The translations under genes and the position numbers were made by a program. 64,000 nucleotides of DNA, taken from positions 384,001-448,000 of the forward strand of contig CAXXKT010000003.1 of the NCBI GenBank assembly GCA_963662405.2, written 5' to 3'. The stretch comes from Syntrophales bacterium. GTDB taxonomy: Bacteria > Desulfobacterota > Syntrophia > Syntrophales > UBA2210. Shown in pieces: positions 18,724 to 27,164 of this stretch (position 1 is its first letter; each line of letters opens with the position of its first letter). The notes under the pieces were generated by a model that worked only from the letters and a program-made list of their open reading frames with translations, did not search any database and was not told the origin of the DNA.

Positions 18724-19428
18724 ATGGTTTATCTGATATACGGCATTATGAAAGACCCGGCGGTTGACGGCACGTCCATGACGGGGATGAAGAGCCGGGC
18801 GGTGTCTTTTGTCGCCGGTCATGGACTGTGCGCGGCCGCATCGGAACTGGATGTCGCAGAGGGCGCGCCGCCCGTTTCGGAACTCCTGACCTACAGCAAG
18901 GTTGTGGAGGATCTCCATCGCCTGCAGCCGGTTGTCCCCATGCGTTACGGCTGTTTCCTCAACGGAATGGAATCGATCCGGAAGATCCTGGGAGAGAGGC
19001 AGCGTCAGTACCATGCGCTGCTCGAGGAACTGGATGGTCGCGTCGAGATGGGAATCCGCATCCTTCTTCCTGAAGAAAGGGCAGATCCGCGACAGGAGGA
19101 ACAGCCGGCAGATGGACGCAACTACCTCCTTCAGCGAAAGACTCATTATCGGATGAGAGAAAGGGCGTCCCGGCAGCAGGAAATACTGGTGGAGGATTGT
19201 CTCCAAGCCTTTGCCGGTTTGTACGGAAGGCATCGAACGGAAACGGCGGTAAAAAACGGAACGGTAATCCTGTCCCTGTATTTCCTGGTTTTAAGAATCC
19301 ATGTCGCTCGCTTCCAGGAGGCCTTTGGAAAGCTGACGGCAAACGGAAAGGCCCTGTCCCTGCTCAGCGGTCCCTGGCCGCCTTATAATTTTGTCACAAC
19401 CGATCTTGGTAAATATGGGAGGGAATAA
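18724..19428 (+). CDS. gvpF: GvpL/GvpF family gas vesicle protein
   Basis: VVPMRYG, LDGRVEMGIR, SGPWPPYNF. Confidence 0.88.
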   Translation: MVYLIYGIMKDPAVDGTSMTGMKSRAVSFVAGHGLCAAASELDVAEGAPPVSELLTYSKVVEDLHRLQPVVPMRYGCFLNGMESIRKILGERQRQYHALLEELDGRVEMGIRILLPEERADPRQEEQPADGRNYLLQRKTHYRMRERASRQQEILVEDCLQAFAGLYGRHRTETAVKNGTVILSLYFLVLRIHVARFQEAFGKLTANGKALSLLSGPWPPYNFVTTDLGKYGRE

Positions 19429-19507
19429 TATTCCCTCCCATTGACGGTGGAGGGGAAGAAAGTGGAAAGCGTCAATATTGATTTCTCAGTAAAAGGAGGG
19501 GTTTCCG

Positions 19508-21004
19508 ATGGAAAACAAAATCCCGGTTGCAGCAGACCCTGACCTTTCGGGGCGATACGAACAACTCTACACTATGCTCCTGGATGCCATCCCCTCGTCC
19601 GTCCTCCTGATCAATCAAAATATGCGCATTGTCTCGGCGAACCGCAATTTCCTCGAAAAAAGCCAAAGGACCCTCTCAAATACCATCGGCTACCGGCTGG
19701 AAGAGGTATTTCCCACCATCATCCTCGACCAGATGGGTATTACCAAGCGCATCCACCAGGTTATTGAAAAAAATCAACCGTCCAGGGGAGAGCGGATGAC
19801 CTACCGCGCCCCCGGAGTGCCCATCCGTATCTATTATTACAGCATCCTGCCCTTCACTTGGCAGGGACAGGTTGAAGGAGCCGTCCTCCTCATGGACGAT
19901 GTGACGGAGCAAGTACGTCTGAGCGAGGAAGTGCGGCAGGTGGAACTGCACCTGGCCAGCATCGTGGAGAGCGCCAGCGATCTCATCCTGTCCACAGACA
20001 TGAAAGGCCGGATTCTGACGTGGAACACGGCGGCTGAGAGACTGTCCGGTTATCCCGCCTCGGAGGCACGGGAACACTATTTTATCGACTTCTGTACCGA
20101 TGAGGAGCGCAAGGATATCCAGAATATTTTTTCCCGCATCGATACCCGTAAGTACATCCAGACGAAGGAATGCCCGTTGCTGACCATCAAGGGGACCCCC
20201 ATTCCTGTTTCCTGGGTTTTTTCGCCCCTGAAGGACAGCTACAACCAGACGGCGGGCGTCGTGGCTGTGGGTCGGGATTTGACGGAAAAACGGAAACTTG
20301 AGATGGCACTGCAGCAATCCCAGAAATTTGCCGCCCTCGGGGTCATGGCGGGCGGCATCGCCCATGAAATCAGGAATCCTCTGGCCATCTGCTCGTCCAG
20401 CGCCCAGTTTCTTATGGAAGAGGACGGCACGCCGGAGTTTCGCCGGGAGTGCGCGGAAAAGATCCAAAAAGGCATCCAGCGGACTTCGGCCATCATTGAG
20501 AATCTCCTCAGATATTCCCATCCTTCCAAGACGACCCGGACAACCCTGATCAATCTCGCGTCCCTTATCCAGGAAACCCTGACCCTCGTAACTTATCACG
20601 CCAAGATCCGCAAGATTGAAATGACCCCATCCTTTCCCAAAAAACCAATCATGGTTCAGGGGGTGGCCACCCTGCTCCAGCAGGTTTTCATGAATCTTTT
20701 TTTGAACGCCATCAATGCCATGCCCGCGGGTGGAAGCCTGGGAATTGACGCGAAGATGGATCATTCTGAAGTCCGGGTTCAGATAACGGACACCGGTTGC
20801 GGCATCGCCCGTGGCGAAATAGAAAAGATCTTCGATCCTTTCTATACGACCTCCATCGTGGGACAAGGAACCGGCCTCGGTCTGTCTCTCTGTTATTCTA
20901 TTGTTAAGCAGCACCGGGGGACCATTGACGTGGAAAGCCTGGAAGGCCGAGGCAGCATCTTTACAGTCAAATTACCGGCACGTTTTGGAGGAGGTGAAGC
21001 ATGA
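19508..21004 (+). CDS. PAS-PAS sensor histidine kinase (GvrB-like)
   Basis: AHEIRNPL, N box, DTGCG, FDPFYTT, GTGLGL. Confidence 0.92.
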   Translation: MENKIPVAADPDLSGRYEQLYTMLLDAIPSSVLLINQNMRIVSANRNFLEKSQRTLSNTIGYRLEEVFPTIILDQMGITKRIHQVIEKNQPSRGERMTYRAPGVPIRIYYYSILPFTWQGQVEGAVLLMDDVTEQVRLSEEVRQVELHLASIVESASDLILSTDMKGRILTWNTAAERLSGYPASEAREHYFIDFCTDEERKDIQNIFSRIDTRKYIQTKECPLLTIKGTPIPVSWVFSPLKDSYNQTAGVVAVGRDLTEKRKLEMALQQSQKFAALGVMAGGIAHEIRNPLAICSSSAQFLMEEDGTPEFRRECAEKIQKGIQRTSAIIENLLRYSHPSKTTRTTLINLASLIQETLTLVTYHAKIRKIEMTPSFPKKPIMVQGVATLLQQVFMNLFLNAINAMPAGGSLGIDAKMDHSEVRVQITDTGCGIARGEIEKIFDPFYTTSIVGQGTGLGLSLCYSIVKQHRGTIDVESLEGRGSIFTVKLPARFGGGEA

Positions 21005-21381
21005 ACGAAAAATATGCCCCGATTCTTGTTGTTGATGATGAACCCGAGATGTGCTGGATTCTTGATAATATTATCCGAAGGTCGGGCCTTGTCTGTATGA
21101 CGGCCTTGAGTGCCAGCGAAGCCATGGACCTGGCAAAAAGCAATACATTCCACATGGCCTTTTTAGACGCCAAACTTCCGGACATTGATGGTCTCGAATT
21201 GGCCCGGAAGCTCCGCAAAATCAATGCCCATCTGCCGATTGTCATCGTCTCCGGCTACTTCTACAAGGATGATCCGATCATTCAAGGGGTCCTCCAGGAT
21301 GGCCTTATCGCAGCTTTCGTAGATAAGCCCTTCGATCATGATGAGATCGTACGCATCATTACCCGCAACACCCAGCGGTAG
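21001..21381 (+). CDS. single-domain response regulator (GvrC-like)
   Basis: VVDDE, D-x-x-LP, KPF receiver motifs. Confidence 0.9.
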   Translation: MNEKYAPILVVDDEPEMCWILDNIIRRSGLVCMTALSASEAMDLAKSNTFHMAFLDAKLPDIDGLELARKLRKINAHLPIVIVSGYFYKDDPIIQGVLQDGLIAAFVDKPFDHDEIVRIITRNTQR

Positions 21382-21524
21382 GGAAAGCCTTCCCATCATA
21401 GCAGGAATGGTTACCATAGCCACGATTCCCCTACCCTCTCTGAGAAAGATGCAAAATCCTTCTCTTCTTCAAAAATATTCTTTTAATCCGACAAGTTAGT
21501 ATTTATCATGCCCGCCCCGGCGGA

Positions 21525-21540
21525 TGGCATGTATCTTGCA
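21525..21540 (+). promoter_or_regulatory. sigma-54 promoter for gvpA operon
   Basis: TGGCATGTATCTTGCA, near-consensus TGGCAC-N5-TTGCA, 75 bp before gvpA. Confidence 0.8.
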
Positions 21541-21615
21541 CCTATTCAAGACAGGCATGCCTGCTAAGAATTATCGGTACAAATACGGTAACAACCTACA
21601 AAGGAGGAAACAATA

Positions 21616-21834
21616 ATGGCTAAAGTACAGAAATCGACGGATTCATCGAGTCTGGCGGAAGTAGTCGACCGGATCCTCGACAAAGGCATCGTGATCGATG
21701 TCTGGGCGAAGGTATCTCTGGTTGGAATCGAGCTGCTTTCGATCGAGGCGAGGGTTGTGATTGCTTCGGTTGAGACCTATCTCAAGTACGCAGAGGCGAT
21801 TGGTCTGACGGCCAGTGCCGCAGCTCCGGCATGA
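21616..21834 (+). CDS. gvpA: gas vesicle structural protein GvpA
   Basis: [40 protein letters not shown]. Confidence 0.97.
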   Translation: MAKVQKSTDSSSLAEVVDRILDKGIVIDVWAKVSLVGIELLSIEARVVIASVETYLKYAEAIGLTASAAAPA

Positions 21835-21935
21835 GACTGACCTGAATAAAGGGATACCCATGGGGCGGTGCTGCTTTTTAATGCGCCCGCCTTCATGGGT
21901 GTGCCGGTTTCAGAACAAGGTAAGGGAGGATCATT

Positions 21936-22226
21936 ATGGGTAATTTGACTGATGACATGACCCGTTTACGCGGGGAGGTCGATGCCTTGCGGAGTGATCG
22001 GGGGGCGCTGATGCAGGAGCTGGCGCGTGGGGCCAGGGATCTGGCCTCTACGGTTTCAGCCATGCAGGCTGACTTTGCCGCCGCCCGCACCGCAATGGCA
22101 AAAAAAACGGGGAAAGCGCGGGCCTCGTATGTAGCAAGGATCAAGAAGCAGGTTGGCCGGATAAAAAAAGAGACAGCGGCCGATCTTGCAGGCGCTCGCC
22201 GCGCCTGGTTGGGAAAAACAACATAA
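21936..22226 (+). CDS. short GvpC-like helical protein
   Basis: Ala-rich amphipathic helix protein right after gvpA; paralog of the N-terminus of 22577..23530. Confidence 0.6.
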   Translation: MGNLTDDMTRLRGEVDALRSDRGALMQELARGARDLASTVSAMQADFAAARTAMAKKTGKARASYVARIKKQVGRIKKETAADLAGARRAWLGKTT

Positions 22227-22256
22227 ATCAATACAAGTCTGAAGGAGGAAACAACA

Positions 22257-22475
22257 ATGGCTAAAGTACAGAAATCGACGGATTCATCGAGTCTGGCGGA
22301 AGTAGTCGACCGGATCCTCGACAAAGGCATCGTGATCGATGTCTGGGCGAAGGTATCTCTGGTTGGAATCGAGCTGCTTTCGATCGAGGCGAGGGTTGTG
22401 ATTGCTTCGGTTGAGACCTATCTCAAGTACGCAGAGGCGATTGGTCTGACGGCCAGTGCCGCAGCTCCGGCATGA
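22257..22475 (+). CDS. gvpA: gas vesicle structural protein GvpA (identical copy)
   Basis: Identical to 21616..21834. Confidence 0.97.
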   Translation: MAKVQKSTDSSSLAEVVDRILDKGIVIDVWAKVSLVGIELLSIEARVVIASVETYLKYAEAIGLTASAAAPA

Positions 22476-22576
22476 GACTGACCTGAATAAAGGGATACCC
22501 ATGGGGCGGTGCTGCTTTTTAATGCGCCCGCCTTCATGGGTGTGCCGGTTTCAGAACAAGGTAAGGGAGGATCATT

Positions 22577-23530
22577 ATGGGTAATTTGACTGATGACATG
22601 ACCCGTTTACGCGGGGAGGTCGATGCCTTGCGGAGTGATCGGGGGGCGCTGATGCAGGAGCTGGCGCGTGGGGCCAGGGATCTGGCCTCTACGGTTTCAG
22701 CCATGCAGGCTGACTTTGCCGCCGCCCGCACCGCAATGGCAAAAAAGACCGGCGCGGAGCGGGAGGCTTTTGTGGCCGCCGTGATCAGCGAGGTGAACTC
22801 ACTGTTGAGCGCCTTTTCCCGGGACAGGGACGATATGGCCCGGAAGGGAAGACAAGACCGGGGAGTCTTCCTGTCGGAAATGAGAAGACAGGTTTCGGAC
22901 ATGTGCAAAGAAACGGCGGACGACCTGATGGGGGTACGGCGTGCCTGGCGCGGCGAGAGTTCCGGAAAGTCCCGGCCAGTTACGATGAAGAAAGAACCGG
23001 TGGTCGTAAAGCCCATACCTCCCTCGGTAGAAACAGTAATGAAGAAGACGGTGGCACCGCCCGAGATCAAGACAGCAAAGTCGCCTGTCACATTCAAGGA
23101 AACGGTGAAAAAGAAAGAAGAGAAAAAGACGGTAGCACCGCCTGAGATCAGGACGGAAATGCCGCCGATCGCATTCAAGGAACCGGCGAAAAAGGAAGAA
23201 GAAAAAAAGACGGTGGATCACCTCAGGGCAAGACAGGAAAGTCTCCGTTCACATCCACAAGGAACCGCTGAAAAGAGTAGCGGAGAAGAAGACGGTGTAG
23301 CGCCCGAAATCAGGACGGAAATGCCGCCTGTTACATTCAAGGAACCAGTGAAAAAGGAAGGAGAGAAGAAGAAGGTGGCACCGCCTGAGGCTCCGGCGGT
23401 CGAACCCACCGGGGGCAAGGTTCCGGCGCCTGTCCGCGCCTCTGTGCCGCTTCGGAAGAAAACAGAAAAGCGGCGGCCGGTTGAGAAGCCCGCAAAAAAA
23501 GCAACCAAAGGAAACCGGGGCAAGAAATAG
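22577..23530 (+). CDS. GvpC-like protein with Lys/Pro/Glu-rich 27-aa repeat tail
   Basis: Between gvpA and gvpN; helical N-terminus; KKTVAPPEI..FKE repeats with ~81-bp period. Confidence 0.65.
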   Translation: MGNLTDDMTRLRGEVDALRSDRGALMQELARGARDLASTVSAMQADFAAARTAMAKKTGAEREAFVAAVISEVNSLLSAFSRDRDDMARKGRQDRGVFLSEMRRQVSDMCKETADDLMGVRRAWRGESSGKSRPVTMKKEPVVVKPIPPSVETVMKKTVAPPEIKTAKSPVTFKETVKKKEEKKTVAPPEIRTEMPPIAFKEPAKKEEEKKTVDHLRARQESLRSHPQGTAEKSSGEEDGVAPEIRTEMPPVTFKEPVKKEGEKKKVAPPEAPAVEPTGGKVPAPVRASVPLRKKTEKRRPVEKPAKKATKGNRGKK

Positions 23531-23674
23531 CGAAACACGCTGCCCGGATCGTATCGACCGGACAGCTCCCAAACAAACGGATGCTCTTTGATGGGTTGAC
23601 ATGAAAAAGACACGTCTGAAATTCCGGGAGACCGGATGGATGATGGAACAACGTAAGGAAGGAGAAAGAGGTTC

Positions 23675-24673
23675 ATGAATAAGAATGCCGTAAGAGTCGT
23701 CAGTTCATCAACCGTGCGTGAATCGGCCGGGGAAGACAGCGTTCAGCCCGAGCCCAGCGACAGCTTTATTTCTTCTCCCCATGTGGAGCAGGTCACACAG
23801 CGGGCCATGGCCTATCTGGTGGCCGGTTATCCCGTCCATTTTTCCGGCGTGGCTGGAACGGGAAAGACGACCATGGCCTTTCACGTGGCGTCCAAACTGG
23901 GACGGCCCGTCACCCTGGTCCACGGGGACGATGAATTCGGCAGTTCAGATCTCGTGGGCAAGGACTCCGGCTACCGGAAAAACAAACTGGTCGACAATTA
24001 TATCCACTCGGTCCTGAAGACCGAGGAGGAGATGAAAAGCCTCTGGGTGGACAACCGGTTGACCACGGCCTGTGAGAGAGGGGAGATCCTTATTTATGAC
24101 GAATTCAACCGTTCCCGGCCGGAGGCCAACAATGCGCTCCTCAGCGTCCTGTCCGAGGGGATTCTGAATCTGCCGAAACTGCGCCGCTCCGGAGAGGGAT
24201 ACATGGCCGTGCATCCCGAGTTCCGGGCGATCTTCACCTCCAACCCGGAAGAATACGCGGGTGTCCACAAGACCCAGGACGCCCTGATGGACCGCTTGAT
24301 TACCATCCACCTGGAGCACTATGACCGGGATACGGAAATCATGATCGTCATGAAGAAATCGGGACTCCCCCGTATCGATTCCGAGCGGATCGTGGACATC
24401 GTGAGGGAATTGAGAAGTTTCGGGGTGAACAATAACCGGCCCACCATTCGGGCGGGGATCGCCATCGGCCGGATACTCGCGTCTCAGAATCGGCTCGCCC
24501 GTGGAGAAGATATGTTTTTTCAGATGATCTGCCGGGATGTCCTGGCCACGGACACCGCCAAGATAACCCGCGGCGGCCAGCCGGTCATGATGCAGAAGGT
24601 GGAAGAGGTGATCCGTAAATTCTGCGGGTCCGCAAAACCGGCCGGGGGAAAAATTAAGGAGGATCGACAATGA
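23675..24673 (+). CDS. gvpN: gas vesicle AAA ATPase GvpN
   Basis: GVAGTGKT, YDEFNRSRPEANN, TSNPEEYAGVHKTQDAL. Confidence 0.95.
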   Translation: MNKNAVRVVSSSTVRESAGEDSVQPEPSDSFISSPHVEQVTQRAMAYLVAGYPVHFSGVAGTGKTTMAFHVASKLGRPVTLVHGDDEFGSSDLVGKDSGYRKNKLVDNYIHSVLKTEEEMKSLWVDNRLTTACERGEILIYDEFNRSRPEANNALLSVLSEGILNLPKLRRSGEGYMAVHPEFRAIFTSNPEEYAGVHKTQDALMDRLITIHLEHYDRDTEIMIVMKKSGLPRIDSERIVDIVRELRSFGVNNNRPTIRAGIAIGRILASQNRLARGEDMFFQMICRDVLATDTAKITRGGQPVMMQKVEEVIRKFCGSAKPAGGKIKEDRQ

Positions 24674-24990
24674 CGAAAAGGGTTATGAGAGGCATACAGG
24701 ATATCAAGACACTCACCGGCCGTGCGGATGAAGGCGCAATTCCTTACAAGGCCTATATGAAGCTCAGCATTCTTGAGATGGAAAAGTTCCGCCGGGGGAA
24801 AGAGAAGACGAGCGCCCTGGCCAGGGTGAGTCATATTGATCAGCGCTTCCGGGACATCGAGGTGGAAAGGGAAGAAATAATGACCGTACTGGAATCCAAG
24901 GGGATCCGGTGCCGACGCCCGTCGGGCCTTGAAGAGTCCCCGACCGCGGCGCCTCGAACAACGACGGGGCCGTTCAAGATCCGGTATTGA
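24670..24990 (+). CDS. gas vesicle accessory protein (GvpV-like)
   Basis: Coupled to gvpN by ATGA overlap; helical; position matches gvpV. Confidence 0.6.
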   Translation: MTKRVMRGIQDIKTLTGRADEGAIPYKAYMKLSILEMEKFRRGKEKTSALARVSHIDQRFRDIEVEREEIMTVLESKGIRCRRPSGLEESPTAAPRTTTGPFKIRY

Positions 24991-25016
24991 ATCGAAGCCT
25001 TTGTGGAGGTTACCAT

Positions 25017-25160
25017 ATGATTAAAATCATCATCTTGAGCATTATCATTGCAATCGGTGTGTATCTCATTTTTACCCTCTATTGCGTACTTGCCATCAAG
25101 AAAACGACGCCGCGCCCTGCCCGGAATGTTATGAGTCATATGAGGGGCGGTGTGGCTTAA
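25017..25160 (+). CDS. 47-aa single-TM small protein (not in ORF track)
   Basis: GGAGG RBS; MIKIIILSIIIAIGVYLIFTLYCVLAIKK... Confidence 0.45.
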   Translation: MIKIIILSIIIAIGVYLIFTLYCVLAIKKTTPRPARNVMSHMRGGVA

Positions 25161-25269
25161 GGAAGCCAGGGAAAGCCATTTGAGTCGCTGCGCCCGGAGG
25201 TAAGAATGAGATATCCCGTTAACACCCTATAAATCGGTCCAACCGACGTAAGCATAGAAAGGCGACGGG

Positions 25270-25686
25270 ATGTCGAACGTATCGGATACAGAAAAAATGT
25301 CGAAACCGGAGCTCTCCCCGGCCGGCCCTGAAACAGAACGGAAGTTGCCTCCTATTGAGGATGTAAGAGATGCTATCTCCAACTTCTTGGCGCAGATGGT
25401 GGACGCTCAGGAGGTGAGCGTTACAAAGATGGTGCTGCTGGATGCCGAAAAGGTAACGTGGGAGGCCGAAGCAGATGTCTATGTACCAAATAAGACCATA
25501 AGGGCATTAGAGTTGCCCACGGAGAAAGAAGTACTCGATTGCCAGAAATACTTACTCCGGATGGATAAGCACCTCAACATTGTTGCTTACGGACGCAGAG
25601 ACCCGCTTAGAGATGAAGACTCGGGTGAAGACAGGTACATTGTTGAAGATAGATACTCAGTGATTGAGAGGGAGGATAGAGAATGA
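25270..25686 (+). CDS. GvpO-like gas vesicle protein
   Basis: WEAEADV...Y.LRMD..LNIVAYGR resembles the GvpO pattern; context. Confidence 0.5.
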   Translation: MSNVSDTEKMSKPELSPAGPETERKLPPIEDVRDAISNFLAQMVDAQEVSVTKMVLLDAEKVTWEAEADVYVPNKTIRALELPTEKEVLDCQKYLLRMDKHLNIVAYGRRDPLRDEDSGEDRYIVEDRYSVIEREDRE

Positions 25687-25862
25687 ATATCAGATGCTTG
25701 TCCTGCGGTCACACCATCGATCTCGATGACGCGTACAGTGATTATGATGGGCAGATAAAGTGTTATACATGCAGCGCTTTGTTGGAAATAAAACTGGAGG
25801 AAAGTCTTGTAAAGTCTGTCAAATTCCTCAGGCTGACACGGAGTGACGATGACGAAATATAA
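25683..25862 (+). CDS. 59-aa zinc-ribbon protein (not in ORF track)
   Basis: MNIRCLSCGHTIDLDD..IKCYTCSALLEI; ATGA overlap with upstream gene; GGAGG RBS. Confidence 0.7.
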   Translation: MNIRCLSCGHTIDLDDAYSDYDGQIKCYTCSALLEIKLEESLVKSVKFLRLTRSDDDEI

Positions 25863-25892
25863 CACGGAGGTAATTGCAAGAGTACCCATAAA

Positions 25893-25999
25893 TCCCCTCC
25901 CCCCTGGCGGGGGAGTGTTAGGGTGGAGGGTGCCATGAAATCAGCATATTGCAATTTCACCCTCCCCCTAATCCCATCCCGTCAAGGGAGGGAGGGGGA
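25893..25999. repeat. pair of inverted GC-rich REP-like palindromes
   Basis: TCCCCTCCCCCCTGGCGGGGGAG..GGAGGGTG and its imperfect reverse complement CACCCTCC..GGGAGGGGGA. Confidence 0.65.
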
Positions 26000-26040
26000 A
26001 CATATTTTCCGAGGCAGATCAGAATTAGGGGGACGGCAAT

Positions 26041-26802
26041 ATGGGCGGTAAGAAAATGAAAATCGAAGGGAAATATCTCTATGCCGTCATCCAGGAGGCG
26101 GATGACCTGGAGTACGGCAATATCGGCATCGACGGGGAGTCTGTTTATCTTATTTCGGGTAATCAGATCGCCGCGGTGGTCAGTAATTTCAGTAATGGGA
26201 AGATCCGCCCGGAACGCCGCAATATCGCGGCGCACCAGGCCGTTCTGAAACGACTTATGGAAAAAGAAACACCTCTGCCCATCACTTTCGGTGTCATCGC
26301 TGAAGGAGAGAAGGAGATTAAACGAATCCTGTCGCTTAACCGAAAATCCTTTGCCGAACAGCTTCGCCGCGTCAATGGTAAGGTGGAGATGGGATTGCGA
26401 GTCACATGGGATGTGACTAATATTTTTGAGTATTTTGTTAACACCCATGCGGAGATACGGGTGGCGAGGGACCAGTTTTTAGGGAAAAATCGCGTCCCCA
26501 CCCAGGAAGAGAAGATCGAAGTGGGGCGTCTCTTTGACCGGACACTTCAGGAAGACCGGGAAGAACACACGGACAGGGTTGAGGCAATCCTGTCTTCCGC
26601 CTGTTATGAAATCAAGCGAAACGCCCCCCGGACCGAGCGGGACGTCATGAATCTGGCCTGTCTGGTCGGACGGGAAGCGGTGGATAAGGATTTCGAGGCG
26701 GCCGTATTCGAGGCGGCGCGCGGATTCGATAACAATTTCTCCTTCGATTTCAATGGTCCCTGGGCGCCGCACAATTTTGTGGACGTGGAACTCACCATCT
26801 GA
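26041..26802 (+). CDS. gvpF: GvpL/GvpF family gas vesicle protein
   Basis: GKYLYAVI, AHQAVL, LPITFG, GKVEMGL, GPWAPHNF. Confidence 0.9.
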   Translation: MGGKKMKIEGKYLYAVIQEADDLEYGNIGIDGESVYLISGNQIAAVVSNFSNGKIRPERRNIAAHQAVLKRLMEKETPLPITFGVIAEGEKEIKRILSLNRKSFAEQLRRVNGKVEMGLRVTWDVTNIFEYFVNTHAEIRVARDQFLGKNRVPTQEEKIEVGRLFDRTLQEDREEHTDRVEAILSSACYEIKRNAPRTERDVMNLACLVGREAVDKDFEAAVFEAARGFDNNFSFDFNGPWAPHNFVDVELTI

Positions 26803-26855
26803 AGCTCTTACCGGAAGGAGTTTCTCATTCACCATCGACCATGCGGGAGGCAGAA

Positions 26856-27164
26856 ATGTTTCTGATTGATGACATCCTTATGGCGCCGGCGCGGGGCCTC
26901 TTCTGGATCTTCAAGGAGATCCACCACGCCGCCGAGGAAGAACAGGAGAACGAGGCAGCGGGCATTACGACCAGGCTCAGCGAACTCTACATGATGCTGG
27001 AGACCGGACAGCTGACGGAGGCGGAATTCGATGCCGAGGAAAAGACGCTCCTTGACCGCCTCGATGCCATAAAAGAGAAAGGAACCGGCGGGGAAGAAGA
27101 TGAGGATGAGGATGAAAAGGTCGTTATCCGGAAAAGACGTCCAAATCGACGAGCAAAACGATGA
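26856..27164 (+). CDS. gvpG: gas vesicle protein GvpG
   Basis: MFLIDDILMAP.RGL.WI..L..GQLTEAEF..EE..LLDRL. Confidence 0.88.
   Translation: MFLIDDILMAPARGLFWIFKEIHHAAEEEQENEAAGITTRLSELYMMLETGQLTEAEFDAEEKTLLDRLDAIKEKGTGGEEDEDEDEKVVIRKRRPNRRAKR

Larger units (their letters stand above)
21601..22746 (+). repeat. tandem duplication of gvpA plus 5' of gvpC-like gene (21601-22105 / 22242-22746)
   Basis: Near-identical ~505-bp copies, offset 641 bp. Confidence 0.92.
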
